This document shows, in pieces, positions 13,693 to 27,014 of a stretch of 64,000 nt of DNA. The notes under the pieces are model-generated. The model worked only from the letters and a program-made list of their open reading frames with translations. It did no database searches and was not told where the DNA came from. The DNA is taken from contig RBZT01000424.1 of NCBI GenBank assembly GCA_003693705.1, positions 52,090 to 116,089 of the forward strand. The letters run 5' to 3'. Within the stretch, counting starts at the first letter, position 1. Each line of letters opens with the position of its first letter. Position numbers and translations under genes: made by a program. This stretch comes from Polymyxa betae A26-41. Taxonomy: Eukaryota > Protista > Endomyxa: Phytomyxea.

Positions 13693-15308
13693 ATGTCGAG
13701 CTCAGATTCAGATGGATATCAGCCAGGAACTACATCTTCAATTAGGCACAAATTTACTCGGAGACGTCGCCAGGCAGTACGACAGCATCGAGGTGGACGA
13801 CGTTGGCCTGGATATGGGATAGTATTACCACCCATGTGGATGATGAATTCGTCAGGACCTGGATATATTCATCCATCTGATGAATGTCAATATTATTATA
13901 CTTCAACACCATATCAATATCATCAACACAAGTAAATACATCTTGTCCTTGTTCCATTTCTGCTTCCATCTCCATTTATTTACTTATTGTTGAGATCAAT
14001 GTCTGAGGGTGGGATTAGAACACCTGCTGACCATGATGATGATATCAAGTCGAGGGCGAGTACGACCACGACAGTCAAGAAACATGATCGAGCACGATCA
14101 ACAACATCAGGTGCCAGTAAACGATTACAATTGGCACGACAGCATGCAGCTGTTGTTCGTATTCAGCAATGGTAAGAGATATTTATATCATGATCGACAT
14201 ACTGGCCCAGTCCATCAATGTGATCAGGTGGAAGAATAAATTACCAAAGATCCGAGGTCGTAATGAGATCATAGATGAGATCTGTCTGGAGATCTCCCAG
14301 CAACTTCTTGAAGATTTCATTCGTGGTGAATTTCTACCTGATCTGTTCCTGGATATTATTGCTGATGATAGTAATCGATATGCACCATATACTGAAGAAT
14401 TAGCTATATGCAAGGATATCATTGATGGAATATCTAATGATGTTATTAGTGATTTATTAAGAATAACAATGAGAGATGCTATCAATAATATGGTAGAATC
14501 ATATCTAGGACAATGTTCTGCTGAAAGATATCGTCATCTATTCCAATCTATATTAGATTCTTTAATTGATGATGAATGTCATCTAGTATTACCTGATCTT
14601 ATTCGAGATGTGGCTCAGAGTATGGTTAATGAATATCTTCAATATGTTGAATACTTAGCTTATACAGAGGTATGTCTAATACATCTCTTCTCATATCTCT
14701 CAATATTCATAAAACTATAGGCTATTATAGCTCCATTGGTAGATGAGATCATCATAGATATCTGTGAACATGTTTATATTGAGCAATGGGCCAATGTATT
14801 GATCCAAGATATGACCCAAGAGATTGTTATCAATTACTGTAATGAGTTCCTTGAAGGCGCCCTTCAAGTCGGTAATCAAGATCGTATTCGTGGTGAAGTG
14901 GCAATAGTTCAGCAATATTCTACAATCATATTGAATCAGGTTATCAATAATGTATTCAGTCTCATTGTTACAATATTTCTAATTGTGTGCTATTCTGTAG
15001 TCTATTCTACAAATCCTGCTCCATAAATTGGCAACAAATGATGAGAACGCCACAATTGGTTGTCAATTGATGCGAATCTTAGATCGTGCTATATTGGATC
15101 GATGCCTGGATATTAATTATTCATTAGATAATGAGATACAACAGGTATTGGATCATGTGTATATTACATCTATCTATATAACACGATGCAGGTTAATAAC
15201 AATATAGCTCTATGGTCATTACACGATACGACTGTATCTCAGATCTCGGTCGACGTCGTACTAGCTCTCCTACAAGATCAACTACAGGCTGAGCTCGATC
15301 TGCAATGA
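13693..15308 (+). CDS. Hypothetical protein (low-complexity N-terminus, acidic helical C-terminal part)
   Basis: Consecutive plus-strand exons at 13693, 13987, 14169-14720 and 14736-15026, ending ...LQAELDLQ*. Confidence 0.55.
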
Positions 15309-15489
15309 AACCCGATCTATCATACAATGTTCTCGGTCAATGCTGGATGGGTTGGACGCCGTACTGGCCCCTGGAAAGAAGGAGCTGGAGGGACGGTGAT
15401 GGAGCGCGTGCCGCCCTATCGACTCATTGTTCTGGGTCCATACCGACTCAACATCATGACATCGTATAGACAGAATACGAAATTCGTGA

Positions 15490-16763
15490 ATGTCATCAGG
15501 TCGACAGGATCGACCAGCAAGTACAGCTCGGCGTGGATCTCTGCCAACAGAACCAGAGCCAGTAGCTGATCCAGCACGAGCAGGAGCTCCATTGACATCT
15601 AGTGTATTTGGCGATGGTGAAGGAGATGATCCCAATTCAATTCAAGGTCGTATCTCACGACTTGATAACATATTCGCAATGTTGCAGATTCTGGATAGCA
15701 ATGATGATGTCATGTTGAGACGATTGGAGAATGAATTGATGCAATTAGAAGCGAATGAGATGCGACAAAATACAGCTGAACGTGAACGAGAATTCGATGA
15801 ACAAATGCAAATACCAGCAACAGAGACAATAACAATGGAACAAACATCATCACGAGGACTTTATGATCTTTTATATTCATTATCTGAGATGGGTCCTGGA
15901 CCTGAACATGATCGTCATGAAGAAGATAATGAGCATGATCATGATCATGATGACGATCATGAACGATTACAGCAATTGATGCTACCAAATGGAACACCAT
16001 TAACTACAGCTCATATAGATGTTGTATCTCATGCATTAAACAATGCTCGTGAAGTTCTTGGTCTGGATTTGGATCTAGCTCAGGCCGATGCTGTCCAGGA
16101 GCAGGGTCGGCGACTCAGCACTGCTTCGGAGCCAGATCGAGAGCAACGTGAAGGAGAAGGCGAACAGATTGAGGGATATGAAGGTTTTAGAGCTGAACAT
16201 TCCGAACATGAACAAAATAGAAATGATGTTGATCTATCTAATCAGGTATAATATCACAATATTTTTTTACTGTTCCTTCCCTGAAGCGATTTCACTCTTC
16301 AATTGGGTTGGATTGTAGACGTCTTTGTCTGATATGAAAATATTCATTTACGCTGGCGTAGTCTGGGTTCTTTTGATGATGTTGTTCACAGGTGGCAGAT
16401 GGACGTGTAGCCAGAATTATGCAGATATTGAAAGCATTCCATTCCAATGGAACAGGACCCGAAGAGCTCGACGATTTCGTTCTACAAGCCGTCTTACAGC
16501 TGCATGCTGGCCCATCGACAGATAATGCAGCCTCGAGCCCAGATCATCTTGGTAATGAACAGATGCAGCTGTATCAAGATTGTATTGCTGCTATTGATGA
16601 TTTCTTTGAATTACTCACGATGATTAATAATGATGTCGATGATCATACCGATAATGAACATAGAGGCCATATATCTGCTGATGATGCTATCGAAGATGAC
16701 GATGATGATGTTGATGAACCCGATCGGCATCATTCTAGGGCGTTCTCTCGAGGCTCTAACTGA
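15490..16763 (+). CDS. Acidic (D/E/H-rich) hypothetical protein, two exons
   Basis: 253-aa ORF, a ~145-bp GT-AG intron, then a 123-aa ORF. Confidence 0.65.
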
Positions 16764-16787
16764 GTCGTTATTCCATTAATACAATGT

Positions 16788-17746
16788 TTATAAAGGAGCC
16801 TGTTTGGCGTCATCTCTTTGAATTAAGCTGAATGCATGGTTGTGAATATGTGCCCTCATTAAAGAATGGACTTGATGACATCCACCGACTGCTGTTTCTA
16901 TAATAGTATCAAGCTGATCAGCAGCTACAGTACATTCCATTTCCACTAACGATAACTGAAAATAAATAAATAATTCTGGAATTATGAATACAGACAGGGA
17001 ATACCTTGCCAGAAATTGGAAGTATAGCAACTACAGCTTCTACACCATTCATAGATCTCTCAACCCAGCTTAAATCTAGACAAAACCGTTCAGATAGATA
17101 TCACCAACATTTGACTATAAACATTCCAGCAGCAATTTCAGACAACGGCTTTCTTAAAGTGAAAGTAGACAAATCGATTACCAAGAACAGGTGATGAATC
17201 AATGAATCCAGCAGATGAAGCACAAACGAAATCTTGGACAGGAATGCCAGCATCAATTAATGCCAAGGTGATGGCATTAATACATGCAGGTAATACACCC
17301 CCATCATTCTGGACCAGTTCAACCATGATACTGATCTCCGATCTTGGATATAGATGAAGCTGTAGAACGGATTCAAATACCTGACGAAGGGTCGCCTCCA
17401 TAATTAACGACTTTCTATCGCCTGATATTTTAACAATAAGAAACGTTGCTGAAAGATGAACTTTAAGAAGACCTTTCGAAGACCTCAAATGCTCTGAAGC
17501 ACTAAACTTTGAGACGTAAAATTCGACATTGAGAATAGCCCGATCATGACGTGTATGACCCCATCGTTCAGCTTCGGCAGGGCCAGAGACGGCAGCAATC
17601 GCTACAGTCTGTCCGATTTGAAATCGACACGACCCGTTTACAGCTCTGTGAAATACACCCATCTCCATCGTGATTCGACGGCATTCATGAGGACGTCGGC
17701 CATCAACCCGGAGCCCTGATGATGATGGTAGCTGCAATCTCGACAT
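16788..17746 (-). CDS. RRP41: Exosome complex RNase PH-like subunit RRP41/EXOSC4
   Basis: GLRVDGRRPHECR, GQTVAIAAVSGP, LYPRSEISIMVELVQNDGG, CINAITLALIDAGIP. Confidence 0.93.
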
Positions 17747-17884
17747 CGATAAAACACGAAATTCCGCAAAAAATCTCACAAAGTTTGCGTCGCGCAAACT
17801 TTTCTGTCATTTTTTCATTGTGTCTTTCCTATCGTACAATATTATTATAGAGTGGCATCTAATTGCCATTATCTTTGGGTGGAC

Positions 17885-18330
17885 ATGTCGTTCAACAGTC
17901 TGGCCACGTTGCCCACGATTTTGTTGATTGTCTCCGGCATCTTACAAATCCATGCGTGTTTCTCTGCAATTTATTGTGGGTTCTTGATTTGACGTATGGT
18001 TTTCGGCTTCCGGGAACTGATCATCATGAAATAGTCGAACATTGGGTGAAGCTGTCACATTTGGATAAATCAAAATCAGTACTTCCTTGGGATGTAAGCC
18101 TTTAGATTAAAGATCTCTTCATGTTTGTGTTCTATCTAACCACACACCAGATTATGTTAGAAAGTTTTGTATCTTTTGTGATCTGTATGATTGCAAGTGT
18201 TCTTCGATATGGTCGTTTTCGTCCAATTAAGTCGGTTGATATCCAGTCATCAAAGACTCTGGATCAGATCAATGCCAGGCCTGAATTTGCTCATTTTAAT
18301 CATCGTGGAAGGTCAGCACCAGTATTATAA
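17885..18330 (+). CDS. EMC5: ER membrane protein complex subunit 5 / MMgT
   Basis: Spliced ILQIHACFSAIY...LPWD/IMLESFVSFVICM...KTLDQINARPEFAHFNHRGR parallels the EMC5 motifs HAAFSA, LPIDIVL and FNHRGR. Confidence 0.85.
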
Positions 18331-18895
18331 AGCCTCATCTGTATATTTGCTGTATTCCCCAATTACATATTACAGAGCGGTGAACGATGTTTGATCAAAT
18401 CAATAAATCGTTGCTCTGATGTCCCACCTATTTCGTTATCATACAGATTTATTGGAGTATGCCTGAAAGATAACAATTTCTGGTAGCGTTTTGAGAACCC
18501 TAATAAATTGGATGGCAATGGAGCAAGAGAGAATCATCATGAGCTACAGCCAGGTACAATACTGTATTTGAACTTGACCATTATAGATTCAATCCAACCT
18601 CTCATAATTATTTCTATAACGAATGAGACATAAATAGCGCGCCATTAATGCATGATGATAGGGTTTGTCAGTGAGTTAGAGTTGCTTGTATGAAGTACAC
18701 AGCATCAGTACACTACACCACCAGGTGCAGAGTGTCAACTATGAGCGCAACCCGCAGCCTGACTGCAACAAGAATCATTTGACTGCGAGCGGGTACGTCA
18801 GCTGATTCCGTACGGGGTAGCGCACGGTGTCTTGGGGTGAGTGTGCTTCGTCTATCCGGCATTGATTGGACTCCCTTGTTGTACTGACAATCACC

Positions 18896-21163
<2,268 letters not shown>

Positions 21164-21269
21164 AAATTGAAAACATTCTTCTTTACTCTTTCCATTGTTT
21201 TATGCCAGAATGCTCAGTTCTAAATATTAAGTATCTATATTTTTCTGCAGTTTCGTATGTATTCGTAGT

Positions 21270-23586
21270 TTACATGCATTTACTTAGTTGCACGAGATTA
21301 TCCTTGAATTCTTGAGCGTTTGCATCGGAATCGTACTGGTCCATGATGGCCATAACTGATGCATCTGCTTTGTGAACTGCTTCGACCACCCGATCTGCTG
21401 CGGCTGGTCCCATTTTTCCTGTAAATACCAGCCTAGATTGAAAATAGTGTCATGCTAAGTCTAGAATACCAACTCTTTTGGTCTTACTGCTCTAACGTCT
21501 GAAGCACATTATTGTTTGGAGAAGCATGATTCGGCTTAGAATGGGTCCGACATGCCAAACGTATTGATGAATCAACAAATTCGGACCAGTCATTCTGGGC
21601 GCTGCATAAACATTTGTCATCAATGACAGACTTGCCAGCTATCGTGTCAATGCTTACCTGTAGACAGAATATGCAGCTTCAATCACCGGGTCCTTCTTCA
21701 ACACCAATGCTTTTAACGAGGCCCAATGAACGTCGTCGACCAGAGATTCTTTAAACAGATCATCTGTTAACTGACAAAGATGACGTCGCTCTCGGGGTGT
21801 TAGCAGCGGAACCTGTAAATTTCACTAAGATGGCGAGAATGTCGGTAGCCTTTTAAGGCGAACATTTTTGTCTTGTTGGGCTTCGTAAGACTTCACAAGC
21901 AGCACCTTTTGTTCTCCTGCTCTTTGAACAAGTAAAGCATCCAATGTCTCAATTAGCTCTGCCCAGTTGCCATCCTGATTGAACGCTTCGATAGCTGCCA
22001 TCACCATTTCGTCTTCCTCCTCTATGGTATTTCCGTTAGGAAGCTAGAGTAACAGAGATGGGGCAGTTACCGATTAGCTTCTTTAACGCTCTGGTCCAAT
22101 GATCAGACAGCCCGTGAGTATCTCTTAGCCTCTCCAGCAACCAGTCTATCGGTTCATTTTTATTGCTGACTACAGGTAGCTTTAGAAATACGGTGATTCC
22201 CTCAAAATATCAACTTACTTTCAATCAAATCTCCTGAAAGGTCTTGCGCCAGCTTTCCCGAATTTCCCGAAACAGCAAACTCAGCAAATGCCTGATATGT
22301 CGTAAGCGAAACAGGGTACCACTGCCTCGAGGAAATACCTCATCAATCGCAGGATGCATTTGAGCAATAGCGGCCTCGATTGCTTCAGTTTCTTGGTTAT
22401 CAAGCAATTCCGCATCAAATAAGTCGCGAACTGTCTGCAGTCTATACTTGACAAGACGTTGACGATCACGTTCAGCATCATTCTCGACATAGTTGTTGCT
22501 CATCTGAGTTTCTGTATCTTATTAAGAGAAATTAATCACCGATTTACTTACAGCAGCTTCAAGCAGCTTCGTAGCAAGAGTTCTTTCGTCGACATCATTT
22601 CCACCATATATGACAAATACGCTTGCAATCAATGAGTCTTGATCACGAGCTAAATCTTGCAATGCCAAACATTCCTTTTTCAGGAAAATTAGAGGTTTTC
22701 ATGATAAAAGTTTTCGAATTTACCTCCTGTGAAATTAATGACATTTCTTTCAACATCCAAATACGAGCTAATGTCAATTCCAACGAGGGGGCGGGCATCG
22801 ATGTAAGATCATTCTGTGCTGTAGCTAACAGAAATCGAACAAACCGCAAGATGTCCCCATGCTTCTGGTATTCTTCAAACTCTTGCAATACCTGTTAGGG
22901 AATTCACAAAACAAGTCTTTTGGAAGCGAAAATCACTGTACTTGAAAGTCATCGCTTTCAATTCTTGCTTTAATAGCGAGGCTTTCGGCAGGATTGATCA
23001 ATGGCACCGGTGGCTTACACAAACTAGAGAGCAGCTCCAACAAGGCAGATTTCTGGTTGGATTTGATCTGGATGCCACAAACAGTTAATAAGCAATATAA
23101 TCTCTGTAAGAGGAAAGATAATTACTATAGGAAGAATAGATACAGCAGAAGCAACATGCGATGGACGAACACGACTATCTGATGGAGTAACAGGATCATG
23201 GTGGTCTGAACCAGGACTTTCTTGAATCATTTTATAGCTTGTTCGAGGCTGTCGGGTGATGATCACATGAAGTGCTTGCACATGATCAGTTGAGGATCTG
23301 AAAGCGTTAGGCTTCTTGCTTAAATACGATAATGGAACAATCTGGCCTTCTGGCTGGACTTGAATTGCTAACAAGCAGGGTTATTACATTTCCAAGATTG
23401 TATTGTGTTGTGATATGTACCAGCAATAAAGGAGGGATTCTGAATTCCAAATACAGCTGCTAGCATGTTCTGCAACTCAGATGTATGCATTCCAGCGTAC
23501 ACCATCAGTGAAGCCGATTGTGTGGCATTGCATTCCTCCCCAATCTCTTCATGAAGCTCGAAATCCACCAGAATGAGATCATCCAT
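21270..23586 (-). CDS. Hypothetical protein with a repeated short helical module (multi-exon)
   Basis: Minus-strand exons joined by ~50-bp introns; recurring D-x-V-x-AA-x3-Y/F-x4-D/N-x2-E-F/L pattern. Confidence 0.6.
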
Positions 23587-24285
23587 TACTGGTGATCCTG
23601 GATTTCGAGCACTGAATGAAGCAGATCTGGGCGTGATTGCTTTTGGATCGAACGGCGGTACCATCAAAGAAATCCTCATGATGCGAAATCCTAATTGCTT
23701 GGGTCGAAGCAAAGCCGTTTGTATGGCGTGAAAAAAGAAAAGCGAGATATGCTGTAGGCATATAGTAGACTAAAGTGATGCTTCTGCAATCTTCATGAAG
23801 AGTATCTTATGATTATGTCTCCAAATCTACATTTTCTATTTGCAAGATCTCCACAATTATTTAAATTGGAAAAAGCGAAATTTCACAGTTGGGTTGCTTG
23901 ATATGAGTTCCTTCGTTCTGTAGTGGTAGTTTTCTGACGATTTCGGCTAACCAATTTTAGTCTGGTGGCATACATCACAGTTAATCATGACTGCAAGTGC
24001 AATTATATAATGTATAAATTGGAAAAATTTACCAATTGTTAATAAATACTGCCAGTAAGCACCCTTTAATTCCAAAAAAGCTTTCGTGTCGCACGCATTG
24101 CTTTCCAGCTAAGAACTACCCCCAGCGAAACATCCATCTGAGACATGCCCTAGGATTTGATACACCTTCGCCAAATGATGGTTTCAACTGTATGTTAATA
24201 TAATTTCATTCTGACGTAATGTGATAAGAAGATATGCGTGACAGCGCAGTTTACATTCTCCATTTAATATCAATTGAATTCAATC

Positions 24286-25679
24286 ATGAAACTGATTAAA
24301 GTGACAGCTGATACAAGCAGATCATGTGTGATAGATTGTTCGTCACCAGAGACATTATGCACCACCTATCGTGATCTAAGAAATGTTTTACAACAGAAAC
24401 AGGACTTATCTGCTGATCATGAACTCTGTGATGCTAATGACGCTGTTCGTTCTCATCGTGCCCTGGATTTTCTTCTCTTAATCTCTTATCAATCAGGTTT
24501 ATGATTTGGATGCACCCATTCAATTTTCAGAAAATGCTGTTGTCCATATCAAGTGGAATAGTTTTGATATTGTTGTTAAGAACGATCCTCACGAGCCTCA
24601 ACATGTTCAGGTCTCCTCATCATGGACTGTTGGACAGGTGTGTCTTATATAAAGCTGCTTTTGTGTTCTGAATACCCTCAGGTTCGAAAAGCATACGAAT
24701 TGGAGATTGGTTCAACCATTGAAAAGTTATCGTTCCAAGGAACTGAGCTGGATGACTTCAATACCCTTAGCTCTTACAGAATCATTCAGAACTCGACATT
24801 GGTTTCACGAATTCGTGTTCATGTTAACGATCGTTATTGCAATGTTTGTAGTGCTATTTGTCTGGTTGAATTTTTGAAAATGAAATTGGCTGTATAGCTC
24901 GAGCAACCTTTACTGCTGTACGAATTTACGACGATTGTTGATTTGAAGACTGCTTTTGGGAATGCAACTGCCCGAACGACCTTCAATGGAACTGTTACTT
25001 ATAATGGCAATGAGCTGAGTGATTATACAACATTATATCAGGCTGGCATCGGTTCTGACGATGTACCGTTTATTCTCTTGCTCGTGTTGTCCTCTTTAAT
25101 TGATATTTTAGTTGATTGAATTTACCAATGCGTCGTTCCAAATTGAGATCGCGACAGCTGGCGTCATGGGAGAAGATGACGAAGACGAACGGATTGTCGA
25201 ATTATCGGTACATGACCATCACACCGTTCAGATGATCAAAGAATCGTATGGACTTGCGACAGGTGGCCAGGTACTTCACCTCTTTTTGTTTGCTCTCCGT
25301 TCTGAAATGCATCAGGCATTGGTTGCTGAAGATCGGCTAGCTTGGGAGGGCGAAGTTCTTGCTGAAAATGAGATGATTTATTTGAGAAATATTAAGGCTG
25401 GCGCCAAACTTTATTTGCAGCGGGAAGGCATTACAAGGTCTGTCTGTTAGTTGAGATGGGCGCGAATATGGATTCATTCTTGCTTAGAACTATTCCTTAC
25501 GAATGCGGTGGCTGTGGTGATGTCAACAAAATTCGGCGTCGTGACCCGATTCGTTGTCGAAATTGTGGTTATCGTGTTCTCTATAAACTTCGAACAACCA
25601 GACGTAAGCAGGTTTTAGATTGCCGGCTGCAACTTCTTGAATATTTATTGCTACAGCTTGTCAATATTTCGCAAGATAG
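24286..25679 (+). CDS. RPB12: Fusion of four tandem ubiquitin-like domains with RNA polymerase I/II/III shared subunit RPB12 (RPABC4/POLR2K)
   Basis: C-terminus [42 protein letters not shown] is the RPB12 zinc ribbon. Upstream exons encode UBL-like repeats (e.g. [20 protein letters not shown]). A 50-bp GT-AG intron at 25438-25487 joins the two parts in frame. Confidence 0.85.
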
Positions 25680-25861
25680 CCGTCATATTTCAATTGTTAT
25701 AAAACATCAGTTAGTTGAAGTGTCAGAAGTCTGTTAACTGACAACGTCATTAACTCGCTCTGTGAATAATATCACATTATCGTCATTCGCTCTTTGTAAA
25801 ATCTTTACCATTTGCATCGCGTGCCTTCTCTTCTTTCTTGTACCTGAGTATACCTGGTGGG

Positions 25862-26449
25862 ATGTCGACCAGCGCCGACGGGTCGCTAATAACTCCTGAG
25901 CTCAGCTCTTCTGTAAAGAAGGCGGCAATCAAAGGAAGCGAGGGCGGATATTCGTCAAGCAGTTCGACGAAGTCACTTCTCCAGTTCGACGATAAAGCAG
26001 TGGAACCGATTGCCACCAGCTCGAATGTTGTCAGCTTACGTGAAGTTGAGACCGGTTTAGAGACGTGAGTTTTGCCGCCTTAAATTCAACATCGATTAGA
26101 TAATGTAGCTCTAATGGTGATCAGATACTTGGAGAAGCTGGAAGCCATTCATTGGGAGAATTCGTCATCGAGCGTCGCAAACGTTTTGGGACAGATGTTA
26201 TCATCTGTGAATAATTTATCAAGCACATTGGAAACTTCCTCTCCCGAACACACGAACTTGCAACATGAAATACAGTCTGAGCTGAACCAGATCAGCGAGC
26301 TGTTCTCCGATTATGCAGAACGACATCCGAGCATATGTCACGATCCGGCAGCAGCTGCTGCTGTTTTCGAGCAACTCCAGGCCATTCGACAACAGCAACC
26401 TAGTCTACAAGCTGCAGGAGGTACTCGGAAACCTAATCAAAAGAAGTGA
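25862..26449 (+). CDS. Hypothetical small coiled-coil protein (two exons)
   Basis: Two plus-strand ORFs separated by one intron-sized gap. Confidence 0.5.
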
Positions 26450-26518
26450 ACTCGCCCGGTTCTGCTTAACATTCCAGATTAAATGTTTATTGTCGACAAT
26501 AGTTTAGTTGATTACTCT

Positions 26519-26949
26519 TTACTCTGGTGCTCCGCCTGGGACCAAAATGCAGACATTATTGCCATTTACAAGGCAGGATTCGATGTTTATAGCACGTTTT
26601 CCATCAGGGTGCATCTCGCTGGCAATGTATTTCAGATTAGTAACAGAATCTTAAACAAATTCTTACTATTCAAAAGCGTCATCCAGGACCATATTTACAT
26701 AATCATCGAATCCTGGAAATAGGTTAACAAAACGTGTCAATTTCTCAAAACACAGTCACCTCGTAATACGCCGGTAATCTCTTTTTCACCTTTCATAATA
26801 ATCCAGATCCGCGACCCGATACATTTATCCAGCAATTCTGTAGAGATATCAACAGACCTGCATTTAGATGGTAGAATTCGACCTAGTGGCAGTAACTGGC
26901 TGAGATTGGTTTTAGCAACCGGTGCCGCAATGGAGGCGTCTGTGGTCAT
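26519..26949 (-). CDS. LSM5: U6 snRNA-associated Sm-like protein LSm5
   Basis: [43 protein letters not shown]...[14 protein letters not shown]. Confidence 0.95.
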
Positions 26950-27014
26950 ATTGTGATTATCGCTCCGGAATTCGTATAAAGCAATGTGTGAGAATCTGTC
27001 TTCGCAAAAACTCT

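Noticed and set aside
25456-25737. Stand-alone RPB12 starting at ATG 25456 or 25468
   Set aside because: Those ATGs lie inside a typical 50-bp in-frame GT-AG intron and only 5-17 bp after the alternative upstream stop. The fusion model is preferred, though not proven.
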